A stretch of 64,000 nucleotides of DNA from Laetmonice hystrix (lineage: Eukaryota): NCBI GenBank assembly GCA_965235115.1, contig OZ249436.1:41728001-41792000 (forward strand). The letters run 5' to 3'. A model generated the notes under the pieces. The model did not search any database and was not told the DNA's origin. It saw only the letters and a program-made list of their open reading frames with translations. Position numbers and translations under genes: made by a program. Every line of letters begins with the position of its first letter. Positions within the stretch are counted from its first letter, which is position 1. This document shows, one piece after another, positions 1-11,000 of the stretch.

Positions 1-603
1 GCGCGGACCAGAGACAGTCGGTTTCATGACTTAAAGGGTCACTGTGCAGCGATTTGGGTGTGTAGAATCTTGTTGTTTCCCTTTTTCTTTCACTCCTGTA
101 AATAAAAATGTCAATAAACATATATAAAAAAAAGAAAAAAGAGTCCATATCAATACATCTTGCAACGCTAATTTCCGCACAGTTCCACCCCGAGTACCCA
201 CCCTGGGTGCCCACCTGGGTGCCTCCCCCCCCCCCCGTTGGCTGAAACCCTCGATCTGTTACTGCCGTGTCAAGTGTTATTCAATAATACTCTAAGAAAA
301 GAGCGCCACTGGCCCATTGAGCTGGTGTTACGTCACATAACGTTAGCTAGCTGGTTCTGAAAGTGACCTCACCTTATATACAATTATACCTAATTATTCA
401 TTGCTTCATTAATCCGTGCACCTTACAACCCGAACACAATAGTATAGAACCCAGTACTTCTACCATTGAAATGATCCGGTGAGAGGCATTGACATGTCTT
501 TTATCACAAGTTCACCTCAGTCCTAAAAAGAGTAGTTGTACAATTGTTGGGAAGCTTTCAATGCCACATATTTCAAGATTGTAATGCAATTACAATTATC
601 CTC

Positions 604-3254
604 TCATCTCCACATATACACCCGTTTGTCTTTAAGGAAATTTCGCACCATATCCATGGTATCATCGGTAGTAGAACAAATCAACTGGCAGATATCCTTA
701 TGATATTTGTAGGCAATCTTGCAAGTCTTTCCAGAATTGCGTCTCACTGATTCACATTCGGCTTTATTTTGAACGTAATAAGACAGCGTTTGAAAGGAGA
801 ATCCTGGAACGCGCATCAAAGCGCAGTCGAGGACATCGATCCTGAACTGGGCGTTCCAGTGAGATCCCGGAATCACCAGAGGTGCGATTTCTCCCTCGAG
901 CTCTGTGATCGTTTCCGTGTGCCCTTTTAGTCTTTCGTGTATATATGTGCAGTAAGTGAAGGTTTTCTTCAGAATGTACCTGAAATGTGCGACCTCCTCA
1001 TAGAACCGTGGTCCCGCCTTGTGAAGAGCTCTCCAGAAACTTTGGTTGAAATACTCATAGAGCGGACAGTCTGAGGTCGACCACGAACATACCAGTTCGC
1101 GAAGAGTCTTGTTTGTCTTGTCAACGGAGCCGGTATACGGTGTCAACCGCAAAGGAACATATATTATATCTTGTAAAGTCCAACAAAGTTTTCGCCTTAT
1201 GAGGATGAGCGATTCATCGTAATATTCATTCAGTCCGATAACAAAATCTCGATCAATGTCCACTAAAGAATTATTAAACTTCGCACCAATCAGCAATTGG
1301 TCTGTCATTGAATTCCTTACAACTTTTGCACGACCAGCAGTCTGGGGGTGTCGATGTATTTTTTCAAAGAAATCTTTCAGGATATCTGGCTCCTTAAGTC
1401 CTAGTAACCTGTCGAATCCCTTTGCATACAGATAAGACCGTACCAGAGTATGGGGATGACGTAAGAATGTGACATTTGAATGTGGAGATACCAAAATTTT
1501 GTAGATGTCCTGTTTGCTATAATAGCTATGCTCTCCATGCATGTTATACTTCCTACTTTTTCCAACGGTGAACTTAGGAATGAGAGACCTCACGAAAGAT
1601 TGGGGCCCGCGATTGTAAGGCGCACTTGAGTATGTAGCCATTCGTAAATGTCGTCTGAGAGCAATTCGGTTCATAATATTGAACATTGTTGTCGATCCAG
1701 TTTTGTGCATCTTGAGGAAATAAAGATTGTCCTGGCGACGACAGGTAGCCTGTTGGAATTCAGAGTGAAGTTGAAAAGGAAGGGTTAGAGAAGACCAAAT
1801 TTTCTTCTTTTGTAAGATTCCGAGAAAGGCAATGAATGTCATAGCTACAAACATCCATCTGCAGATTCTCTGAAACGGAAAAGCGTTTTTAAGATAGCAA
1901 AGTTATTATTAATGGTATTCTTTTTACATGTACGCCTATAGGCCTACATACATGTTTTACAGATTTGTAACAGGACTGGGAATGATTCGGAGCCGAATAA
2001 GGCCCCCCCAAAAATAGATTCGTTTCTTGTCCCCGCGCGCGTCACCTAAAACCCCCCGCTTTTCAAAGTGTAGCATTGTGACAGAACGTTGCAACGGTTC
2101 TTTGGCGTTGGCGTTTTTCTTTTAGTCTTATTGCTTTTTATGCGAGTTTTACACATTCTTTAATGAAAACATTGAACATCAGTGCATTTAGTTTTTTCTT
2201 CAAGACTTCTTTATGTACCCAACAGCAATTGCTTTCGAAGAATCGGCCGTTGTCTAGTTGCACTCCCCCCCCCCCAAAAAAAAAGATGAAAACAAAACCG
2301 CGTCACCGCACGAAATGTTTTATATGAAAGGACAAGAAACGGCCTAACAGTATGCCTGTCCTTTCCTCTGACACAATGTTTCTCCCTTTTCAACCGAATG
2401 TTTTCTGATTAAGTCCCCTAATTTTTGGATGCCCTTTATCCTTACATTACAAGCCTTGAACACCCCCCCCCCCCCGTTTTATAAAAATATCCTCGCCACG
2501 CGAATGAGTCAACAGGTCAGCAGTGCTCTTGCTCAAGACCGCTCTTGACACTTGGCGGATCGGATAGAGAATGTTTTGGTTGATACATATCCAAGATAAT
2601 ATGTGTAAGATGAGACAAACATATTTATTCCAACCATCCCAATTAAGTATACTCAAACAATTTTCAGTCCACCTTTGTTACATTGTATTTTGTCCACTGA
2701 AAATTAGTGGAGTGAAGCAATAAAACCGCTCCTTGGGGGTCCACGGCCAGTGAGCCTATCACATTACCCATTCAAAATATAGTGTTCATATCAACTTCAT
2801 TTGGTCTGTTTTATGTAGCCCTACTGGAACATAAACTGACAATCTGTTGAGCCTATGTGATAGGCGTTGAGCCTGAAGAAATGCGTTTAGGGGTAATCGA
2901 AAATTATACAAATTTTGATGACTTCACGTCGGGATGTGTATTTTTATATATTCTTATCCCAAGATCCCAAGAAAATGACACGCTCCATGCTTTAAGCCGC
3001 TTTCACATGCATGTACGGTGTGCGGCGTGCGGCATGCGGCGTGCGTTTTTGTTAATAATGTAGCCAATGTAAATCGCCGCACGCCGCAAACCGGAGACAT
3101 GTGAACGGTTATATTTATTTTCAGTTGTTCCATTTTTGCAAAAACGCACGCCGCACACCGCACACCGCAAACCGTGTGCATGTGAAAGCGGCTTTAGTTG
3201 GTGCCAGTATTGATTGACTATTGGTTGACTCACCTTGACACGGCGAACTTCCAT
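604..3254 (-). CDS. Galactose-3-O-sulfotransferase (Gal3ST / cerebroside sulfotransferase) family protein, about 428 aa; exons 3254..3234 and 1869..604
   Basis: The 416-aa ORF has the 5'-PSB motif LKMHKTGSTT, a 3'-PB-like TFLRHP..LVRSY and the family-typical EYYDESLILIRRKLCW. An acceptor (tttcag) at 1870 and a 21-nt upstream exon ATG...AAG|gtgagt join in phase 0 to give MEVRRVK-RICRWMFVAMTFIAFLGIL, a type II membrane anchor. Confidence 0.88.
2995..3193. mobile_element. PIF/Harbinger-like MITE in the Gal3ST intron
   Basis: Termini AGCCGCTTTCACATGCA...TGCATGTGAAAGCGGCT with longer imperfect inverted arms; TTA on both sides (2992..2994, 3194..3196). Confidence 0.75.
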
Positions 3255-3822
3255 CGCATGCCGTTCGTGACCCTACAATGTATAGGCCTAGTATGAAGAA
3301 AACTGGAACGTTTTACAATTCTGTTCTATGCTTATAGTGGGGTATAAAGTATAATCCCGTAAGATTTTGTGCTTAAAGAAAGGCAAAATATTAGCTTTTC
3401 AGCTGTCTGTACATGTGCTTCTTATTTTAAACTTACAAGTTAAAGCTTCTTTCCAGCCCAAAATTGAACCCAATAGGCTGTTCAGAATAGAGAATTCTAT
3501 AATAGAAAGAGGTGTGCTCTATAGAAGGCACGAATATAGTAGACCGCCATTTTTGCCACACCCATCGTATTAACCAATCAGAAAAGAGCGGGATTCCAGG
3601 ACTAATGACGTCACTAAGTCGAACCACAGCCCTGCCGCCATTCATTCAAGGGTAAAACTTGGCATCCTTCATACGCGTCTACAGGCCTCCTATACAACTT
3701 TACAAGTCGTTTGGACTTAAGTCCAAGTTTTAAAAGTACTGGAGACTAGTGGAGTCGAGACAGGGAGAGATTCGTAATAATGTGCAGACCTACAGACGAG
3801 GTAGTAGGCAGTGGCGGATCTA

Positions 3823-4680
3823 CACTCTAAAAACTAAAGAGTTGCAGGGAGCTCGTAAAGAGTTGCATGCAACTCTTTGCAACAGCCTGTACCGTGACTG
3901 CTCTTTGAGTGTTACATTAACTCTTTCGAAAGAGCAGAAATCTTAACCCTGTAAAGGGGTTATGTCGCGACTCTTTCCAGAGCTTACAGCGAACTCAATA
4001 AAGGGTTCAGATGGCACTTAAGGGGTAATTCTTGCTCTTTCTTGGGGTTCAACTTTCACCCGAAAAAGCCAATTGCTACTTAATTAGTTGAGATCCAGTC
4101 TTGGTGCGAACCGTATGGCATGATGGCTTCAGACAGTTCCATTCGTATAAAGTTCAAACGTCTGCAGCCGAAGAGGCTACTTTGCATTTGAAAACGTCGA
4201 ATCCCTTTACCAAGGAGTTAATATTTTGTTCTCTTGCCCCCCAAGATGGTGTTTCTATGAGCAATGTTAACAAATCACATAACAAGTCATCATAATTAGG
4301 TCCCTGTTTGACATTCCGCTCTAGTCATCGACGCAAAGACTGTATTCATAATTATTGTCACTTTATGTTGACGGTCGCATTAACCGGCTGTCACAGGTAT
4401 ATGACACGCGGGGTATAGAGTCAAAGAAAGGGGCAGGTGAGAGTCATCACGTGATCAATCAAACTGACCCTTTTAAGGGTTCAAATAACTCTTTTTCTAC
4501 TCCTAAAGTGTAAAATACAGTGAACTCGTTGAAAGAGTTAAACACAACTCTTGATATTCTGTAAAGGTTTAACCCATTGACACTTAAAGAGTTGCAGCAA
4601 CTCTTTAGCAGCTCTTTAAGAGTTAAATACGAGTCTACTCTTTGAAAGAGTAGATTTACAACTCTTTAGTTTTTAGAGTG
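3823..4680. mobile_element. Non-autonomous DNA transposon with CACT termini (EnSpm/CACTA-like, tentative)
   Basis: Perfect 22-bp TIR CACTCTAAAAACTAAAGAGTTG / CAACTCTTTAGTTTTTAGAGTG; TA on both sides; repeated subterminal AAGAGTT/AACTCTT motifs. Confidence 0.75.
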
Positions 4681-4964
4681 TAGACTCTAGAAGTGACCCC
4701 GTGGTAAAGTGACCCGGGGGTCGATTTACCACGTGGTAAATTGACCCCCGGGTCACTTTACCACAGTGGAAAAGTGACCTCCCCTGTGGAAAAATAGATA
4801 TTAATAATAGATATTAGGCATAACGTCTTTACATTGGAATACATCATCCTTTTCCTGCTTCTTGGTATTTTTCAACAGTTTTGACACCTGTAGTACTCAC
4901 TTTCGTGACTTGCGCATATTTAAAAGGCCAAACCAGCAGATACGGGCGCTATCTGTACGCTTAA

Positions 4965-5405
4965 AGGGATGGAAAACACCCACGGCAAATAAGGTTTCGT
5001 AGACCGAATGAAACACCAGCATTTACCTCAGGGCAATAAATGCCACAATTACGTTGTCTGAATGAAGTAATTAACGTGTAAACGCCCGATGTGTGACGCA
5101 ACTGGTTCTGCTTGTGTGTTCATTACCTCGGACGTTTACAAACGTTGGGACTCCAAACATCGTGTAGACAAGGTCTGTGAGCAGAGTAACACGTAATGTT
5201 ACGCAATACGCCACGGTGTGCAGCATTCGGCTCCGATGAACACACAAGAAGGTCAAGGTAAGAACAAGCGGCGTCACATATCGGGCGGTTACACGTTAAT
5301 TACTTCATTAGGACAACGCAATTGTGGCATTTATTGCCCTGAGGTAAATGCTGGTGTTTCATTTGGTCTACGAAACCTTATTTGCCGTGGGTGTTGTCCC
5401 TGCCT
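4965..5405. mobile_element. TTAA-flanked MITE (Kolobok-like)
   Basis: TTAA at 4961..4964 and 5406..5409; AGG...CCT termini; about 135-bp imperfect inverted arms. Confidence 0.75.
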
Positions 5406-5486
5406 TTAAGGTAAGTTTAGGGTTAGGTCTATTTGAATTAACACTATTTGCAAATTGCGCAGATTGACAAATTGAGTACGACATGT

Positions 5487-6320
5487 TGTTGTGGACCCAC
5501 CCTGGAGAGGCGGCGGTCGTAGGTAGGAGGGAGACGGGGGGAACTTACCGTACCATGTACCCCAGTGAAGATAAGTCAACGACGGCTGGCGGTGATGATA
5601 ATTGTATTGTCAGACATGATACATGATATAGAGTATCGCGGGATACTCTACTAGCCTAGAGGCTGAACCTCATGCTAACTGACAAGACCGAGAAACCGGC
5701 TGATTACTAAGTGACTACGTCCATAAGTGTAGATGAGAGAATAAGTCGATTAGTGAAGTAGTGAATATTCGGTGCCCCTATATATACTAAACGCCGTCCG
5801 TGTCAGCGTTCCGGCCCGGAACTCCACCCCCCTCCGCTCTGCCAGCAGTGGACCCGGTGGCTGCGGTCACCGACACGGACCCACAAGATGACATCGTGTC
5901 ACCGGTCGGTCAGTGTCCGGATCCCGCGGCCCCTAGTGACACCGCCCGCCCAGCTGGGGGTCCGCCATGGAGGCCAACACGGACGGAAGACGCTGGGTAC
6001 GTGCCGGTGTCATCTCACCATGACAACGGTATTGATACAACCGTTATACAACTTGGGAGGTGACGGCCCGAGCGTCCCTGGATCCAGCCCATACCCGCAT
6101 CCGACTTAGGGGAACCCAATACTCCAACAACTACATGATTAAATATATACATAACATCCAAGCCGCCCATCCTTAAGGGAATATAAACGGGAACAAGGAT
6201 TCAGCTATACTAACATACAGAGATAATAAGGTTTACAGTAATGACATATAGATATACATATATATACGGGGGAGGCCAACTATATTAAATGTCCAGCGGC
6301 AGCGAAGCCTAGCCGCAACA
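5487..6320 (-). repeat. 3' LTR (834 bp)
   Basis: Direct repeat of 12738..13562; preceded on the minus strand by the PPT. Confidence 0.95.
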
Positions 6321-6338
6321 TACCTCCCCCCCCCTTAA
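6321..6338 (-). promoter_or_regulatory. Polypurine tract
   Basis: Minus strand reads AA, a G run, then AGGTA directly abutting the TG start of the 3' LTR. Confidence 0.85.
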
Positions 6339-6387
6339 AGATTGAAGTCCATTCTCAATCTATTGCGTGTCCATTTTTTTTTGGGAT

Positions 6388-8052
6388 CTATTCTATGGTA
6401 GAAGCCATCGCGTGTAATGACATCGGCTCGTCCACATCCTTCTTCTCCGCGCGGCCACGTAGGTGTCGGCGGCAGCGCCACCCTAGCCCGGCCAGCGCGC
6501 CCAACAGGACCACGCCCACGACCAGGCCCACGTGCCAGTGCTGAGGGGGCCCCAGGACGCCACGGGACGGTAGCGGTCTGAGGGTCAGGTCCGCCGCTGG
6601 GATCCTGACCCCACCACTCAGCCTAATGCGTTCAGGCAATTGTTCAACGATGTGCTCGGGGAGCACTAATGTCACGTTGGGTGCCACAAAGATGTCGTAG
6701 TGGTAGGCCAGCCTGGAGTAGCGTGATGCTACCGTGGAGGTGCGTGATCCTCCCCATTCCAGCTGGCATCCTTCCGCTAGCTGCCACATCTCAACGCTGT
6801 CTACCCAAAGTTTCTCGGGGATCGTCCCCATACAATTAACTGTCACTCTGGTGAGGTTACTGGCGGAGAGCAGCCACCTGCCCTTATGAAGCCACCAAAC
6901 TCCCAGTGATGCGGAAGGCGCAGCGGCCTCCATATCGCACCGGGGAGTAACCCCACTCACTAGGTCCAGTTCGCAGGACTGGCTGGTCCTCACACGCCCG
7001 TCGCACAGACGGGTAGCGCCTCCTCGACAGGAGCGCGCCTCGAACGCCTCCGTTCGCCTCACATTGACGGCCACCAGGGGGCGCACCTGGAGCGTTATCA
7101 ATGCTCCCGCCATAGCCACTGGGTACGCCGTCAATCGCCACAGTTGAAATTCCTCTACCTGGCCGGCCCAGATTTCTGCGGCCGCCACCAGGCGATCTTC
7201 CCGGTCCCACAACACCTTCACTGGCGTGAACGCGTAGTACCAGTCCAGGTGCATTACGTGCGCGTGACGCTGTAACGCACGGACGATCCCACGCAGGTGT
7301 GCCCGGGGTACGATGTACTCGGACAGCCGGCCCCCTTGTAGGTGCAGCCGCGCCACCCTGAAGTGGTCATACTGTCGAGTGTAGCCGGACGATATTGCTT
7401 CCAGCTGGTCGACCCACCGATTCAAGTCGCGTGTTAGGTAAAGAGTGTTCACTCGGCCTGCAAGTGCTCGAACTCTGCCCGTCAAGCCCACTAACGTCGC
7501 TTCTAGCTGGTCCGTCTGGTTCTGCAGGAGGAGCATGTCCTGCTGGTTTTGCTGCAGGTACTGCCTTGTGGCATTGATGACACTCGCCATCACCTCCTGA
7601 TTGTGGTACAATACCTGCTGCGCTGCCTCCGTAGCCTGTAGAATTTGCCGGAGTTGGTCCACCTCCGCTTGGGTGGCTGTCCCGAACAGGGCCGATGCCA
7701 GGTCACCGATGACGTTGAGCAGCCCGCGACGCTGCCTGGCCCGCCCCGGACCAGTGCGGGGCTGCGCACCCCCACCCAGGTCCAATGCGGCCAGTCGCGC
7801 CTCCAAGCCGATCCGGTCCACAGCCCGCAGCATCGACGCCCGCTTCGCCATGGCCATCCTTGCCGCGGCCACCCACCTGCGCATTGGAGGAGCCTCCGGT
7901 GCGTCGATCGTAATAAACACATTCCACTTCGCAGACAGGGGCCAGACGTCCGCCAGCTTTTCCACGGTTACCCCGTTAGGAATAGCCGTGCGGTTGACCG
8001 ATGCGCCATTGGCTATGGCGCAGGCCACCAGAACGTAGAGAGGTAGCTGCAT
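6388..8052 (-). CDS. env: Envelope glycoprotein, class I fusion protein (baculovirus F / errantivirus Env-like), 554 aa
   Basis: Signal peptide MQLPLYVLVACAIANG; furin site RARQRR followed by fusion peptide GLLNVIGDLASALFGTAT; heptad-like helices; Cys-rich region; sequons NRT, NAT, NQT, NLT, NVT; C-terminal TM VGLVVGVVLLGALAGLGW plus basic tail; located between pol and the PPT. Confidence 0.9.
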   Translation of the reverse strand: MQLPLYVLVACAIANGASVNRTAIPNGVTVEKLADVWPLSAKWNVFITIDAPEAPPMRRWVAAARMAMAKRASMLRAVDRIGLEARLAALDLGGGAQPRTGPGRARQRRGLLNVIGDLASALFGTATQAEVDQLRQILQATEAAQQVLYHNQEVMASVINATRQYLQQNQQDMLLLQNQTDQLEATLVGLTGRVRALAGRVNTLYLTRDLNRWVDQLEAISSGYTRQYDHFRVARLHLQGGRLSEYIVPRAHLRGIVRALQRHAHVMHLDWYYAFTPVKVLWDREDRLVAAAEIWAGQVEEFQLWRLTAYPVAMAGALITLQVRPLVAVNVRRTEAFEARSCRGGATRLCDGRVRTSQSCELDLVSGVTPRCDMEAAAPSASLGVWWLHKGRWLLSASNLTRVTVNCMGTIPEKLWVDSVEMWQLAEGCQLEWGGSRTSTVASRYSRLAYHYDIFVAPNVTLVLPEHIVEQLPERIRLSGGVRIPAADLTLRPLPSRGVLGPPQHWHVGLVVGVVLLGALAGLGWRCRRHLRGRAEKKDVDEPMSLHAMASTIE

Positions 8053-11000
8053 GATTGTCGTGCACGCTTAGCCTGTAGTCGAGTGACAGGTCCCTCTCCC
8101 GTGGGTCTCTTAATACCACGGCCGACCTCCGGGTCAGCCGTGTCCATCTGGCTGTCGTCAGCCGGAACCAACTGAGTGGTTGCTGGGGCGGGGGAAATGC
8201 GGGGCATCCGGGTTGACTGGGCGGTCAGAGGAGCCGGTCGGCTCACTTGGGCAGGCGGCTGTGTGAGCCACCTCGGCGCTCCGTGTCGTACTGGCGCCCT
8301 CGATGCCCTACTGACCCGTGGTTGAATGGTATCCCACGGTAGCTCCCGCTCAACTCGTCGTAGGTGCTGCCGGTTGTAGGACCGCACCGGTCCTCCGTCC
8401 TTTGGCCGGCACCACACCACAGCTCCCCTAATGCGCGTGACCTCCCGGGGGGTGTCCCACCTAGCATCCAGCGGCGCGCGTTCGTGCGCCCGCGGGATGA
8501 CGTAGTCGCCGATGCTGAGTTGGGGCGCGTTAGCCCGCTGGGTCGCGTGCTGCCGGTACCTCTCCTTCGACTGCTGCGTCCTCAGCGCCGCCTGGTGGAG
8601 GGCCTCCGCCAGTCCTTCCATGTAGCACCCGCGCGCCTCCGCAACGTTGTTGTCGCCCACGCCCTGCACTGCCGGGTATCGCGCGTGTCGCCCGTAGGTC
8701 AGGAAATAGGGGGAGTAGCCCGTTGTCTCCGACACTGCCTGGCGGTGGGCCAGCAGTGCCTGCGCGAGCTCCGTTTCCCACCTGGCGCTGTTGTTGTTCA
8801 CCAACTTCCGGAGCATGTCCTTCAGCGTCCGGTGGAAACGCTCCACCTTTCCGTTCGTTTGAGGGTGGTAGGGTGTTGTTTTCCTCACCTCAATCCTTAG
8901 CGCGTCGAACCACTCCCGTAGTGTCCTGTTGTCAAACTCGCGGCCGTTGTCATGGACCACGATCAATGGCGTCCCGTGACGGGGGACGTAGTCACGCTGC
9001 AGGCACCGTAGTACACAGTCGGCCGACTTGTTAGGCACTGGGTATGCCTCAGCCCATCCTGTAGCATGGTCAATGATCGTGACCAGGTAGCGGTTGTTTT
9101 CCAGGGAGCACGCCAGGGGGCCTACCATATCGAGGCCCACGATTTGCCCGGGAAATTGAGCGGTTGGCATCCCCGTTGGCATAGGGCGCTCCACCTGGCC
9201 CGAGTTGACCTGGCAAGCCGGACAACGACGTAAAGCATCCCGCACGTCCATCTGCTGGCCCCTCCAGAAGTAGCACTCCCGCAACCGATGCATGGTTTTG
9301 TGGCGGCCCTGGTGACCTACCTCCTGGTGTGCCCGCTGTATGACCTTTGACCTCCACCGTCGTGGGAGGACCAACTTGGGGTAAGGTGATCCCTCGGAGG
9401 TTCGCGTGTACCAAAGCAGACCATCGTGGCGTTCGAAATCCGAACCCTCCACGTCCGCCTCCTGATACGCCGGCATGCCCTGCTGTGCCGTCCTCACCTC
9501 CTCCCTCGGTAGGCCATCCAGGCCCCAGATGATCGTGTCGCGGGGGTCCTGCTCGCACGCCACCCATTCAGCCGTGTCGATAGCGTTAACCGACACTGGC
9601 TCCCTAATCCTGGACAGCATGTCTGCACGGACGTTGTGTGCACCTTTCCTGTACTCGATGGGCGCGTTGTATTCTGCGATCAGTGCAGCCCACCTTTGTA
9701 TTTTGGTGTTCTTCACCTCGCCCAGGAATAATGACTTCAGCGGCTTATGGTCTGTCAGGATCGTGAAGTCGGCGCCGTGCAAGTAAGGCCGCAACTTCTT
9801 GAGTGCATATACCACGGCATACGCCTCCTTCTCGATCGTTGACCACCGTAGTTCCGCTCCATGCAGCGCCTTGCTGATGTAGTGCACAGGGCGCTCGATT
9901 CCCGCTGCGTCGTCCTGTACCAATATGGCGCCCACCGCGAACTCGCTTGCGTCCGTATAGAGTTTATATGGCCCGCCCACACGAGGGTGGGCCATTACGT
10001 CAGAGCCAGTAAGTGCCTCCTTCAGCGCATTGAACGAAGCCTGTTGATCCTCGCCCCAGATCCAGGGAGCCCGCTTCCCTAGAAGTTGGTTCAATGGAAC
10101 CGCCTTGTCCGCATAGCCTGGGATCAACTGCCGGTAGTAGCCGGACATACCCAGGAACCGGCGCAGCTCCTTGACTGACTGTGGGGGGTGCAGCTGTTCA
10201 ATGGCCGACACCTTTTCTGGGTCCGCCCGGATTCCGGCGCCTGAAACCAGATACCCTAAAAGTGGTATCTCCGTCTGGTTGAAGTGGCACCTACTGGGTT
10301 TAACCACCAACCCCGCCGCGCTGAACCGAGCCAGTACGTCACGCACGTGCTGCTCATGTTCCTCCTCATTGCGCGAGAAGATGACGACGTCGTCCAGGTA
10401 GACCATCGCGTAGCGCCCTAGGGCGCTTCCCAGCACGGCCTGCATAGCCCGCTGTAGCACCGCCGGGGCGTTGCTAAGCCCGAACGGCATCCTGGTGTAC
10501 TCATACAGGCCATTATGTGTGACGAAGGCGGTCTTTGGTATGTCACCCGCCGCTACCGCCACCTGGTGGTAAGCTGCGCGCATATCGATTACTGAGAAAC
10601 GGGTGGCGCCCCCTAGTGTATCAAAAATGTCTTGAATTTGGGGGAGGGGGTGCGCATCTTTACGTGTGATATTGTTCAGCTTCCTGTAATCGATACAGAA
10701 CCGGACACTTCCATCCTTCTTAGTAGCTAAACGCACCGGGGCCGCCCATGGTGATGCAGATGGCCTAATTACCCCACTGGCCAACATGGCCTGCACCTCC
10801 CGCTCCACTATGGCGCGCTTTGTGAGGGGCAGCCGGTACGGCCTCAGCCGCACAGGCGCATGTCCCTGTGTGTCGATTGTCAGCGTAACACCATTTGCCA
10901 GCCCCAGCTGGGGGGCATGGTCACCGATTACGTCTGGGAACTCCGCCGCCCACTTGTCCGCTAGAGTGGCTATTGCGGGGGGTGGGGACATCCCCCCGTA

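Noticed and set aside
5800..6109. Antisense ORFs in the LTRs (also 13051..13351)
   Set aside because: The 84-87-aa frame starts with GTG and is low-complexity GC-rich sequence; its presence twice is only LTR duplication. The frame-preserving 9-bp indel is weak evidence alone.
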